A stretch of 64,000 nucleotides of DNA from a virus: the IMG/VR virus record IMGVR_UViG_3300042945_002173, one strand, 5' to 3'. This document shows, piece after piece, positions 1 to 9,536 of the stretch (position 1 is the first letter of the stretch; every line of letters begins with the position of its first letter). The translations under genes were made by a program, and so were the position numbers. Under the pieces are notes generated by a model. It did no database searches and had not been told where the DNA came from. It worked only from the letters and a program-made list of their open reading frames with translations.

Positions 1-2
1 AC

Positions 3-1985
3 AATATTTTTGAGGAACTTCCATCCAGAAAAGGTGGTGAAGCAAAACCTGGTGCAGATGCTGCTGCTGGCATTGAAAAGAAGGCAAGACAGCTTGTTTA
101 TGATTCTCGTTATGAAGTTAAAAAAATGTTAGCAGGTAAAAGAGCGGATCCTGCATCGCAAGAAAGAATGGTTCTTGGAAGAATTGCTAAATCAACTGCA
201 ATTCCTGCTGTAAAGGCAAGAGCAAGACAAATGGTTTCTAAGAAAGCCGCTGTTGCGGAAGATTTTATTCCTATGATGGAAGATGCTGCTGCAATTAATA
301 TTGCAAATGCAATGTTTAAGGTTTTTGTTGAGGGTGTTGAAGAAATTGTTCCAGATTACTTAGAGGAACTGCACGGACTAGACGACAAGAAATATAAGAT
401 TAGAGTTACAGATCCTAAGACTGGAAACTCTTATGTCAGATATGGAACTCGTGAAAAAATCACTCAACTTAGATCAAAAGGTCTGAAAGTTGAACTCACC
501 GAGTATGGTGAACCAAGAGAGGGAGAAAAAAAGAGAGGTGAAGAAACTGCACGTGCTACCGGTGGTGGACGCCCTGGTGGTAAAAAACCAAAACTAGATC
601 CAGTTGGCAAGGAAGATAGTGATCCAGACAATGATGGTAAGCATAATGATCCAAATGACAAGTACATTATGAAGCGTCGTGCTGCAATTGGTGCTGCCAT
701 TGAGAAGAGAAAGACAGTTTCTTCTTCTTATGAAATGGATGGGCAGATGATTGATGAGAGTGAAATTGGTGATAGAGCAAGAAGAGTTGTTCGTGATCAG
801 CGTCAAGGAGTTCATGGTGATGCTGATGATATCAAACAAAATATGGATGCGATTAATCTAAATCTTTTGAAGATGAGACCATATGGAGTTAAAGGATTTC
901 CATCTGTTAAAAAGGACACTAAAAAAACTACACAAGTTGCTCATTTTGAACCAGAGGGTAAATTAGTCGAATCTAAAAAATCTAAGAAGCATAAAAAAAC
1001 ATCCGAACCACGCTGGCAAGATAGTGATGGTGATGGTAAATGGTATGAACCTGGTGAAGATGTAAAAAAAGAAGATTATCTGTGGGCTGAAGGAACTGAT
1101 AGTACAGAAGGTCAAGGTAAGAAAATAAATCCAACCAAAGTTGACAATTATTCTTCTGGTGTTGTTAAAATTTCTCCAGAAGATGGAACTCAAACTATTT
1201 CAACTGGACCAAAAGCAGTTTATGCACATACTGAACTTGAAGGTGAACTGATTTCTGAAAAAGCAATGAGTAAAGCACAACAGCGTTTTATGGGAATGGT
1301 TTATGCCCGTAAAAAGGGTGAGATGAAAAAAGGTGAGGCATCACCTGAGGTTGAAGCAGCAGCAAAAGGTATGACCAAGAAAGAAGCAAAGAAATTTGCT
1401 AAGACAAAGCACAAGGGTCTTCCTGAAAAGATTGAAGAATCTGGATATTTTCCATCTAAAGAGTCTCAGAGAGCAGATGAGAAAAAGTATGCATTAAGTC
1501 GTGATGGTATGCCAGGACAAGTAAAACACAGAACAGTCAAAAATCAGACTAAGGTTAATGAAGAGCAGTGCTCATCCGAAGACGAAAAGAAGAAGGACAC
1601 TCGTGGCGATTATGCAAAGATTAACTTGATCAAGAATAAGTTGAGGGCGATGGGTGCTAAGAATCCAATCGTAATGGTTGCTAATGAGAATGTTGAGGCA
1701 GGTCCAATTCTTCCTGGTGAAAAAGGTAAGAGAGTTTATCCAAAGGGCCAAGAACCAAAGGCAACTGGTGCAAAACTTCCCCCCCTTCAAAATGCTGGTT
1801 TTGAACCAACAGGTAATGTAATTTCTGAAAGAGATGATGAACCAGGTGAAGAGGATTGGAGACCAGATGTTCGTGCTCATAATAAAGCAGTAGGATATCG
1901 TGGTGGGTATAATAAGTATAGGGGAACTCGTAAACCAAAACCAGAAAATCCTGGACCTGGATCACAAGCTAAACCAGCAGATTGA
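3..1985 (+). CDS. Large hypothetical late/virion-associated protein, 5'-truncated; DUF3008-like segment and repeated xExxGxxIxE motifs
   Basis: Frame open from nt 3; KAMSKAQQRFMGMVYARKKGE...KKFAKTKHKGLPEK segment; DxDxDG motifs. Confidence 0.7.
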   Translation, partial: NIFEELPSRKGGEAKPGADAAAGIEKKARQLVYDSRYEVKKMLAGKRADPASQERMVLGRIAKSTAIPAVKARARQMVSKKAAVAEDFIPMMEDAAAINIANAMFKVFVEGVEEIVPDYLEELHGLDDKKYKIRVTDPKTGNSYVRYGTREKITQLRSKGLKVELTEYGEPREGEKKRGEETARATGGGRPGGKKPKLDPVGKEDSDPDNDGKHNDPNDKYIMKRRAAIGAAIEKRKTVSSSYEMDGQMIDESEIGDRARRVVRDQRQGVHGDADDIKQNMDAINLNLLKMRPYGVKGFPSVKKDTKKTTQVAHFEPEGKLVESKKSKKHKKTSEPRWQDSDGDGKWYEPGEDVKKEDYLWAEGTDSTEGQGKKINPTKVDNYSSGVVKISPEDGTQTISTGPKAVYAHTELEGELISEKAMSKAQQRFMGMVYARKKGEMKKGEASPEVEAAAKGMTKKEAKKFAKTKHKGLPEKIEESGYFPSKESQRADEKKYALSRDGMPGQVKHRTVKNQTKVNEEQCSSEDEKKKDTRGDYAKINLIKNKLRAMGAKNPIVMVANENVEAGPILPGEKGKRVYPKGQEPKATGAKLPPLQNAGFEPTGNVISERDDEPGEEDWRPDVRAHNKAVGYRGGYNKYRGTRKPKPENPGPGSQAKPAD

Positions 1986-2021
1986 TAAATAAGCCAGGAC
2001 ACTCTTCGCACGGAGGCCATT

Positions 2022-2195
2022 ATGGGCGCAGTAGTAGCAGTGGTAAAACCACTTCTGATTCAGATTGCGACACACCCAGCAGTTAAAAATCTTGTTGTTG
2101 AACTTTTAACTAAGTATGTAAAATCCACTGATAATAGTATTGATGATGTGGTTCTTGAATTGGTTAAAGAGAAACTCTTTACACCACAAGCATGA
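2022..2195 (+). CDS. Small hypothetical protein (57 aa, MGAVVAVVKPLL...)
   Basis: GGAGG RBS before ATG; ATAAATA late-type motif upstream; not in ORF track. Confidence 0.7.
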   Translation: MGAVVAVVKPLLIQIATHPAVKNLVVELLTKYVKSTDNSIDDVVLELVKEKLFTPQA

Positions 2196-2356
2196 TTACT
2201 TGCTTTGTAACTAACTGGGGAGTAACCATTGTTCTTGGTCTATTACTAACTGCTTCCGAGTGGTTAGCAAAAACAAAAAGATTTGAGGAAAATGGATTAC
2301 TTGATTTAACAACAAATTTTCTAAGATTAGTTTTACGTAAAGGAGACCAAAAGTAA
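2192..2356 (+). CDS. Small membrane protein (54 aa, MITCFVTNWG...)
   Basis: ATGA overlap with previous ORF; one hydrophobic helix. Confidence 0.6.
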   Translation: MITCFVTNWGVTIVLGLLLTASEWLAKTKRFEENGLLDLTTNFLRLVLRKGDQK

Positions 2357-2371
2357 AGGTCTCCTTTTTTT
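2339..2371 (+). terminator. Rho-independent terminator
   Basis: AAAGGAGACC...GGTCTCCTTT stem followed by T-tract. Confidence 0.85.
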
Positions 2372-2378
2372 ATAAATA
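2371..2378 (+). promoter_or_regulatory. T4-type late promoter
   Basis: TATAAATA directly after terminator. Confidence 0.8.
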
Positions 2379-2409
2379 TCAATATAAAAGAATTATAGGG
2401 TAAGGAAAC

Positions 2410-2970
2410 ATGTCTCTTTGGGGCAATAAAGATTTAGTTGGACAGGCTGGAACCGTTCAAATCAACCTTTCAACAGAAGTTATCACTGGTACTGGAACTA
2501 CTTTTGCTACTACTGGATTTACTGTAAGTGAAGGTGATGTTATTGTAGTTGGTGCTGGCGCAACCTATGGTCACGCAGTTATCTCATCTGTAACAAGCAA
2601 CACTATTGCATCGATCGCAACAACTCAATATTTGATTCCACACCCAACAACTGGAATCATCACAGCAGCATCTTATTTCATTACACAAAGACCTATCTAT
2701 TCAATTGAAGATTCTGTTTATAAAGCACCTGATGCAAAATCAAACAGATATTCTTCAGTCTTTGGTGTAGATACGGCTGAGACGACAGTTGCTGGTGTAA
2801 CCACAGTTGGTGGAAAGGCAGGTGCTTATAAAGTTGCTCACGCTGGTTGGGTTGGAGTTACTACATATACTGATATGCACGGTAACTTCAGAGTTAAGTC
2901 TGAAACGTTAGTTGCTGGAAGTATGATAACTGGTGACGCCGTTGATGACACCAGATTCCCAGACGCCTGA
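2410..2970 (+). CDS. Putative virion structural protein
   Basis: Late promoter; Gly/Thr-rich beta-type sequence; AHAGWVG...RVKSETLVA motif recalled from cyanomyophage structural proteins. Confidence 0.6.
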   Translation: MSLWGNKDLVGQAGTVQINLSTEVITGTGTTFATTGFTVSEGDVIVVGAGATYGHAVISSVTSNTIASIATTQYLIPHPTTGIITAASYFITQRPIYSIEDSVYKAPDAKSNRYSSVFGVDTAETTVAGVTTVGGKAGAYKVAHAGWVGVTTYTDMHGNFRVKSETLVAGSMITGDAVDDTRFPDA

Positions 2971-2979
2971 TAATATGGT

Positions 2980-3351
2980 ATGAGATTTGACGAGTTGAAT
3001 GAGAGTAATTATTTACTCTTTGCTATAAAATTCTACAATAATCCTCAGGCAGTCACCAGAGATGATTTTGAGGCAGATCTTAAACGTATTCGTTATATTA
3101 AAAGATTGCTGAAAAGATATAAAAATACTGGTGAGTTGAAGGTTCATTTAATATTGAATCATCTTATCATCTTGTTTAATGTATTTGATGATGCGACAGT
3201 TCCTCTTCTTTTTTATCATCTAGAACAAGATCTTTGGCCAGCAATTAAAAGTTTTTTGGTTTTTCTGAATCGTATTCCAGAATATCCGAGAACTAGAATT
3301 AATGAAATTGATTTAGATGATAATTGTTTAAAACAACTGCAAACAATCTAA
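2980..3351 (+). CDS. Conserved T4-like cyanophage hypothetical protein
   Basis: 123-aa ORF, MRFDELNESNYLLFAIKFYNNP; typical position before primase. Confidence 0.7.
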   Translation: MRFDELNESNYLLFAIKFYNNPQAVTRDDFEADLKRIRYIKRLLKRYKNTGELKVHLILNHLIILFNVFDDATVPLLFYHLEQDLWPAIKSFLVFLNRIPEYPRTRINEIDLDDNCLKQLQTI

Positions 3352-3554
3352 TGGATATCGAAAGAGTTATTGATATTGTTCGTACTCTTAAAGAGGAAAA
3401 CGGTGGAATGAGTCTTGGTGCTGGGCAGATTGCTGGAACAGTAGAGGCAGGTGATGATCCCCCAGTTGATTTAAGGAAAAAAAATGCAAGAGGTTGGAAT
3501 ATCTTTTTTAGAGGTCTTGTAAGACAAAATCGTAAAAAGAAAAGGAAGTCCTAA
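3351..3554 (+). CDS. Hypothetical protein with basic C-terminus
   Basis: TAATG coupling with upstream stop. Confidence 0.6.
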   Translation: MDIERVIDIVRTLKEENGGMSLGAGQIAGTVEAGDDPPVDLRKKNARGWNIFFRGLVRQNRKKKRKS

Positions 3555-3555
3555 A

Positions 3556-3912
3556 ATGTTCGGCAATAATTCTGAGGTTCAACTAGCCGTGCTTCAAGAA
3601 AGATTTAAAGCACATGAGCAGATTATCGATAAAGTTGATACTGCTATTCAAACTCTAAGTGAGACAAATCAGAATATTTGTAAAATGCTTGCCGTTCATG
3701 ATGAAAGAATAAGTGTTCAAGCAAAAGTAGATGAAGATATTTGTAAAAAAGTTGATGATATTGAATTAAAGGTTGATGGATTATATAAATTTAGGTGGCA
3801 AGCTGGTGGAGTTATTGCTGTAATAGTTGCTCTGATTGGAATCATAAATGCATTTGTTCCCAGACTATTGACTCCTGCCCCTGCCCCTGCTACAATAGAA
3901 CGAACGAAGTAA
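3556..3912 (+). CDS. Hypothetical coiled-coil protein with C-terminal TM helix
   Basis: Heptad pattern; GGVIAVIVALIGII. Confidence 0.65.
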   Translation: MFGNNSEVQLAVLQERFKAHEQIIDKVDTAIQTLSETNQNICKMLAVHDERISVQAKVDEDICKKVDDIELKVDGLYKFRWQAGGVIAVIVALIGIINAFVPRLLTPAPAPATIERTK

Positions 3913-3924
3913 TATCCTTTCATA

Positions 3925-4896
3925 ATGGATTTGGTTGATTCCAAGTATATTGGATTAGTTTCATCACGCCTACAAAAATTTAAGAGGGTCAAAGCGGATC
4001 TCTACAACTTCCGCTGTCCTATCTGTGGGGATTCCCAACGTAATAAAAACAAGGCACGCGGATATATTTACGCAGTGAAGAACAATACCAACTTTAAGTG
4101 CCACAACTGTGGCGCTAGTTCGTCCTTTAATAACTTTCTAAAAGAGATTGACCTTACACTTCATAAGCAATACACACTTGAAAAGTTTAAAGAAGGGCAT
4201 ACTGGTAGAAACTTTGTTGTTGAAGAACCAAAGTTTGATTTTAAAAAACCAGTATTTAAAAAATCACTGGATTTACCAAAAGCATCTACTAATCCAGTTG
4301 CAAAAGAATACTTGGAGAAGAGAAAACTTGATCCAGAAAAGTTTTACTTTGCTAACAAATTTAAAGAGTGGACTAACTCTCAAAAAGAAACTTTCGACAC
4401 TATTGGTAGGGATGAAAGTCGCATAGTTATACCAATGTATGATAAATCCGATAATCTTATTGGTTTTCAGGGAAGAGCACTAGGTCCAAACTCTGTTAAA
4501 TATATCACTGTGATGCTTGATGAGGAGGCACCGAAAATTTATGGACTTAATACAGTCAATGAAAGACTACCGATCTACGTGGTTGAAGGACCCTTTGATA
4601 GCACTTTCGTCAACAATAGTGTGGCTTTGTGTGGTAGTGACGGTGATGTTCGTTGTCTTGAAGGAAGCAGTATTGTTTTTGTTTACGATAATGAACCTCG
4701 CAATAGAGAAATTGTCAATCGTATTGCCAAATGTGTATCAAGAGGGGAAAAGGTCGTCATCTGGCCAACAGGAATCGTAGAGAAAGACATCAATGATATG
4801 GTCCTTGCTGGACACAACATTATGGATGTGTTAAAATTAAATACCTACTCGGGTTTAGAAGCAAAAATTAAGTTTAACAACTGGAAAAAAATATGA
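3925..4896 (+). CDS. 61: DNA primase (T4 gp61-like)
   Basis: Zn ribbon CPICGDS...CHNCG; TOPRIM VVEGPFDS and YDNE...KDIND. Confidence 0.95.
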   Translation: MDLVDSKYIGLVSSRLQKFKRVKADLYNFRCPICGDSQRNKNKARGYIYAVKNNTNFKCHNCGASSSFNNFLKEIDLTLHKQYTLEKFKEGHTGRNFVVEEPKFDFKKPVFKKSLDLPKASTNPVAKEYLEKRKLDPEKFYFANKFKEWTNSQKETFDTIGRDESRIVIPMYDKSDNLIGFQGRALGPNSVKYITVMLDEEAPKIYGLNTVNERLPIYVVEGPFDSTFVNNSVALCGSDGDVRCLEGSSIVFVYDNEPRNREIVNRIAKCVSRGEKVVIWPTGIVEKDINDMVLAGHNIMDVLKLNTYSGLEAKIKFNNWKKI

Positions 4897-7193
4897 GTAA
4901 CGGCACCAAAGTTATCAAGAGAGACGGTAAAACTGAACTTCTTGATTTGAATAAGCTCCACGTTATGGTGGAAGAAGCGTGTAAAGATCTTGCTGGAGTT
5001 TCTGCAAGTCAAGTTGAAATGCAGTCTGGTATTCAGTTCTATGATGGTATTACAACAGCAGAAATTCAGGAGATTCTAATTCGTTCTGCTTCTGACTTGA
5101 TCGATTTAGATCACCCTAACTATCAATTCGTCGCTGCTCGTCTGCTTTTGTTTGCTCTACGCAAGCAACTGTATGGTCGTATGCACGAATGTCCAACAGT
5201 AAAGCAACATGTTCTTCGTGCCGTTGGTAGGGGTGTTTATGACTCCGAAATCCTTGATTTATATACCGATGAAGAATTTGATAAACTTGAGTCGTTTATC
5301 GATCATAGTCGTGACTACTTGTTCACGTATGCTGGACTTAGACAAGTAGTAGACAAGTATCTTGTACAAGACAGAAGTACTGGCGAACTTTATGAAACGC
5401 CACAATTTATGTACTTGATGATTGCTGCGACTATTTTTTCAAAGTATCCAAAAGAAACACGTTTAGAGTACGTGAGGAAGTACTACGATGCAATCTCCAA
5501 GCACAAAATCAACATCCCAACACCTATCATGGCGGGAGTGCGAACACCACTTAGACAATATGCTAGCTGCGTCCTTGTTGATGTTGATGACACCCTCGAT
5601 AGTATCTTTACTAGCGATATGGCTATTGGCAGATACGTTGCACAGAGGGCGGGGATCGGCATCAACGCTGGTCGCATCCGTGGCATCAACAGTAAAATCA
5701 GAGGGGGAGAAGTTCAACACACGGGTGTTGTACCATTTCTCAAGAAGTTTGAAGCAACTGTCAGATGTTGCACGCAAAATGGCATACGAGGTGGATCCGC
5801 GACAGTACACTTCCCAATCTGGCACCAAGAAATAGAAGATATTCTAGTATTGAAAAATAATAAAGGAACTGAAGATAATCGTGTTCGTAAGTTAGATTAC
5901 TCTATTCAAATCTCTAAACTGTTCTATGAACGATTCATCCGCAACGAAGAGATTTCCCTCTTCTCGCCCCACTCAGTTCCTGGTCTGTATGATGCTTTTG
6001 GAACTGATTCTTTTGACGATTTATATGTACGTTACGAACGAGATCAGTCTATTCCAAGAAAGACTATCGGAGCTCAAGAATTATTTCTAGATTTGCTCAA
6101 AGAACGTGCAGAAACTGGTCGTATTTACATTATGAATATTGATCACTGTAACTCTCACTCATCTTTTATTGATAAAGTTGAGATGAGTAATCTGTGTCAA
6201 GAAATTACTCTTCCCACTAAACCACTTCAACACATTGATGATATTGATGGAGAAATTGCTCTTTGTATTCTTAGTGCCATTAATGTGGGTAAAATCAAGA
6301 GTAATGACGATCTTGAAGTTCTTTGTGATCTTGCCGTTCGCTCCCTTGATGAACTTATTGATTTTCAGGGATACCCCGTCAAGGCAGCAGAAATCGCCAC
6401 TAGGGCACGACGTTCTCTTGGGGTGGGTTATATTGGTTTAGCACACTATCTCGCCAAGCACGGCGAGCATTATGATGATCCTGGTGCCTGGAAACTGGTA
6501 CACGATCTCACTGAAGCGTTCCAGTATTATCTGATTCAAGCAACTGTAAACCTTGCAAAAGAAAAGGGTGCCTGTGAGTATAGTCACAGAACCAAGTATG
6601 GGCAGGGAATTCTCCCAATTGATACATACAAGAAGGACGTTGACGAAATCGTCCCCAACGAGTTAAAATATGATTGGGAAGGTCTTAGAGCACAAGTTAA
6701 ACTATATGGAGTCAGGAACAGCACTCTGTCCGCACAGATGCCATCGGAGAGCAGTTCCGTTGTGTCAAATGCCACCAATGGCATCGAACCTCCTAGGGGA
6801 TACTTGTCCGTTAAGAAATCGAAGAAAGGACCACTTAAGCAAATTGTCCCACAGTATCAAACTCTTAAGAACAATTATACGCTTCTTTGGGATATGCCTA
6901 GCAATCGTGGTTACATTCATATTGTTGCTGTTATGCAAAAATTCTTCGATCAAGCGATTTCTGGAAACTGGTCATATAATCCAGAAAATTATCCCGATAA
7001 TGAAGTTCCTACTTCAGTAATGGCGCAGGACCTTCTTATGTGCTGGAAGATGGGATGGAAAACAGCATACTATCAAAATACTTATGACCACAAAACTGAT
7101 GAGGTAATTGAAGAACCAAAACAAGACCTTCAATCACTTCTTAATGATATTTTGGAGAGTGATGAATCTTCGTGCGATAGTTGCACCATTTGA
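4893..7193 (+). CDS. nrdA: Ribonucleotide reductase class Ia alpha subunit
   Basis: ATP cone (VIKRDG); SCVL; SNLCQEI; YY pair; C-terminal CDSC. Confidence 0.98.
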   Translation: MSNGTKVIKRDGKTELLDLNKLHVMVEEACKDLAGVSASQVEMQSGIQFYDGITTAEIQEILIRSASDLIDLDHPNYQFVAARLLLFALRKQLYGRMHECPTVKQHVLRAVGRGVYDSEILDLYTDEEFDKLESFIDHSRDYLFTYAGLRQVVDKYLVQDRSTGELYETPQFMYLMIAATIFSKYPKETRLEYVRKYYDAISKHKINIPTPIMAGVRTPLRQYASCVLVDVDDTLDSIFTSDMAIGRYVAQRAGIGINAGRIRGINSKIRGGEVQHTGVVPFLKKFEATVRCCTQNGIRGGSATVHFPIWHQEIEDILVLKNNKGTEDNRVRKLDYSIQISKLFYERFIRNEEISLFSPHSVPGLYDAFGTDSFDDLYVRYERDQSIPRKTIGAQELFLDLLKERAETGRIYIMNIDHCNSHSSFIDKVEMSNLCQEITLPTKPLQHIDDIDGEIALCILSAINVGKIKSNDDLEVLCDLAVRSLDELIDFQGYPVKAAEIATRARRSLGVGYIGLAHYLAKHGEHYDDPGAWKLVHDLTEAFQYYLIQATVNLAKEKGACEYSHRTKYGQGILPIDTYKKDVDEIVPNELKYDWEGLRAQVKLYGVRNSTLSAQMPSESSSVVSNATNGIEPPRGYLSVKKSKKGPLKQIVPQYQTLKNNYTLLWDMPSNRGYIHIVAVMQKFFDQAISGNWSYNPENYPDNEVPTSVMAQDLLMCWKMGWKTAYYQNTYDHKTDEVIEEPKQDLQSLLNDILESDESSCDSCTI

Positions 7194-7235
7194 CAAAACT
7201 ATAAAAACCTATTATTATAAATAGTAATAGGTTTT
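7191..7235 (+). promoter_or_regulatory. Sigma70-like promoter overlapping a late promoter in a 14-bp hairpin
   Basis: TTGACA-N17-TATTAT; TATAAATA 7216-7223 inside inverted repeat 7204-7235. Confidence 0.7.
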
Positions 7236-7245
7236 AATAATATCT

Positions 7246-7929
7246 ATGTCTGGACGCATTTATCTAATAACCAATAAAATCAATAATAAAACTTATGTTG
7301 GAAAGACAATGAACTCTTTGAAAAAAAGATTTTATAGTCACTGCTATGATGCCACTAAAAGAAGTTCAACAACATATCTTCATCGGGCAATTAGAAAGTA
7401 TGGAAAAGACAATTTTATTATTGAAGAAATTGAAAAATGTGAAGATAATTTAGGTTTTAGAGAAATGTTTTGGATTTCTAAATTAAAACCAAAATATAAT
7501 CAAACTCTTGGTGGTGATGGAGGAATTCTTGGATATTCTCATACGAAAGATACAAGAAAACTTTTATCTTTAAAAAGAAAAGGAAAGTTTGTGGGACATA
7601 AAAATTCATTCTACAATCAAACACATACCGAAGAACAAAAAGAAAAGTGGAGTAAAATGAGAAAGGGACAACCATCTCCTTGTGGATTTGCTGGAAAATC
7701 ACATAAAGAAGAAAGTAAATCTAAAACTTCTCAAACACTAAAAAACAATCCAAACATAAAAAGAACCAAAGTATTCCAGTATGATATTGAAGGAAACTTT
7801 TTAAGAGAGTTTCAATCTATTAGTGATGCTGCTAAATTTGTAGAAACAAATCCTTCTAACATTAAATATACCTGTGAAGGAAAATTCAATCACTGTAAAG
7901 GATATAGGTGGAGTTATGTTAAAATATAA
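7246..7929 (+). mobile_element. Free-standing GIY-YIG homing endonuclease (Seg-like) with NUMOD3/NUMOD1-type DNA-binding modules
   Basis: GRIYLITNKINNKTYVGKT; HTKDTRKLLS, HTEEQKEKWS and HKEESKSK repeats; VFQYD...FQSISDAA HTH; AT-rich. Confidence 0.9.
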
Positions 7930-7936
7930 TAGACCT

Positions 7937-8113
7937 ATGAACTTCTTTGAGAAACTCCAAGTTGGTTGGTGGTGGATTGGAGAAATCTTTGATGAATGGT
8001 GCTATACTATGAGAAGTGAAGACGGAGAGTTCTTTAACTATCTTCAAAGTGATTATGTTGCTTATGAAGAAGAAATGTATTATGAAACCCAAATATTTTT
8101 TGGAGGTAAATAG
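7937..8113 (+). CDS. Small hypothetical protein (MNFFEKLQVGWWW...)
   Basis: Fills the gap before nrdB. Confidence 0.5.
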   Translation: MNFFEKLQVGWWWIGEIFDEWCYTMRSEDGEFFNYLQSDYVAYEEEMYYETQIFFGGK

Positions 8114-8161
8114 AATGTGTAGAATTTTTCCAAAAGTTAATTTAAACGGAGGAGGAAGATT

Positions 8162-9346
8162 GTGAGTCTTGTAAGATTTAAAACAGGTTTGGAGGAAAAA
8201 CTAATGGTCGAATCAATGACCGTTTTCAATCCTCAGGAAGTAGATACTAAAAAGCAACCTATGTTTTTTGGTCAACCACTAGGAATTCAAAGATATGATT
8301 CTTACAAATACCCAATCTTCGATAAACTAACAACACAACAACTGGGTTATTTCTGGAGACCTGAAGAAGTTTCTCTTCAAAAAGATAGGGGTGATTATCA
8401 TATGCTTCGCTCTGAGCAGAAGCACATTTTTACCAGTAACCTGAAGTATCAGGTAATGTTGGATTCTGTTCAGGGACGTGGACCTGGTATGGCGTTCGCG
8501 CCTTACTGCTCTCTCCCTGAACTAGAAGCATGTATGAAGGTGTGGGAGTTTATGGAGATGATCCACTCCCGATCATATACTTACATCATCAAGAATGTTT
8601 ATTCAGATCCTTCTGAGGTTTTTGATACTATTCTTAGTGATGATCGTATTGTAGAACGTGCTGTTAGTGTCACTGAGGCATATAATGATTTCATCAATAG
8701 TGCTCAGCATTATGGTTCAACTAATGAATGGATTCATGCATTAGAACAAGTACCATACGCACAAGAGGCAAGGTATGAACTCAAAAGAAAACTTTTCAGA
8801 GCAGTTGCAAACGTTAATATTCTTGAAGGTATTCGCTTTTACGTCAGTTTCGCTTGCAGTTTTGCGTTTGGCGAACTCAAACTTATGGAAGGAAGTGCAA
8901 AGATTATCTCATTAATTGCTAGGGATGAAAATCAGCATTTAGTCATCACTCAGAATATTCTTAATAAGTGGAAAGAGGGTGATGATCCTGATATGGCACG
9001 TATTTGTAAAGAAGAAGAGCAGTGGGTTTATAAGACCTTTGAAAACGCTGTCAATCAAGAAAAACTTTGGGCAGAGTATCTGTTCAAGGATGGATCGATG
9101 ATTGGACTCAATGACAAACTGTTACAGCAGTATGTTGAATGGATTGCGAACCGTAGAATGAAGGCAATTGGACTTAAACCACTTTATGATATTTCTGCAA
9201 AGAATAATCCACTTCCTTGGACTGAGCATTGGATTAGTTCTAAGGGTCTTCAAGTTGCACCACAAGAAACAGAAGTCGAATCTTATATTGTCGGGGGAAT
9301 CAAGCAAGATGTTACCAAAGATACTTTCTCAGGATTCCAATTATGA
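8162..9346 (+). CDS. nrdB: Ribonucleotide reductase class Ia beta subunit
   Basis: FWRPEEVSL; EMIHSRSY; LEGIRFYVSF; RDENQH; GGAGGAGG RBS with GTG start. Confidence 0.98.
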   Translation: MSLVRFKTGLEEKLMVESMTVFNPQEVDTKKQPMFFGQPLGIQRYDSYKYPIFDKLTTQQLGYFWRPEEVSLQKDRGDYHMLRSEQKHIFTSNLKYQVMLDSVQGRGPGMAFAPYCSLPELEACMKVWEFMEMIHSRSYTYIIKNVYSDPSEVFDTILSDDRIVERAVSVTEAYNDFINSAQHYGSTNEWIHALEQVPYAQEARYELKRKLFRAVANVNILEGIRFYVSFACSFAFGELKLMEGSAKIISLIARDENQHLVITQNILNKWKEGDDPDMARICKEEEQWVYKTFENAVNQEKLWAEYLFKDGSMIGLNDKLLQQYVEWIANRRMKAIGLKPLYDISAKNNPLPWTEHWISSKGLQVAPQETEVESYIVGGIKQDVTKDTFSGFQL

Positions 9347-9470
9347 TGAATGGGTAGAACAAGAAATTATTAGTGCCTATAAAGATGCTGCTGAAGCAGA
9401 TCTTTTTTTATTTGGTGATTACGATTACTCTTATGTTTGGAAAGATTCTAAAAGTAACGATGTGTATTAA
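9309..9470 (+). CDS. Small acidic hypothetical protein overlapping the nrdB end
   Basis: MLPKILSQDSNYDEW... ends just before terminator. Confidence 0.45.
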   Translation: MLPKILSQDSNYDEWVEQEIISAYKDAAEADLFLFGDYDYSYVWKDSKSNDVY

Positions 9471-9476
9471 ATTTAT

Positions 9477-9513
9477 AGGGGGGATCTTCGGATCCCCCTT
9501 TTTTTTATAAATA
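9477..9513 (+). terminator. Terminator (cUUCGg loop) fused to late promoter
   Basis: GGGGGATC-TTCG-GATCCCCC-T8, then TATAAATA 9506-9513. Confidence 0.9.
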
Positions 9514-9536
9514 TCTAAAAAGGTAGTCGGTAGGCG

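Noticed and set aside
4893-9346. Intron or intein in nrdA/nrdB
   Set aside because: Both ORFs are continuous and of normal length; the endonuclease lies between them, outside either gene
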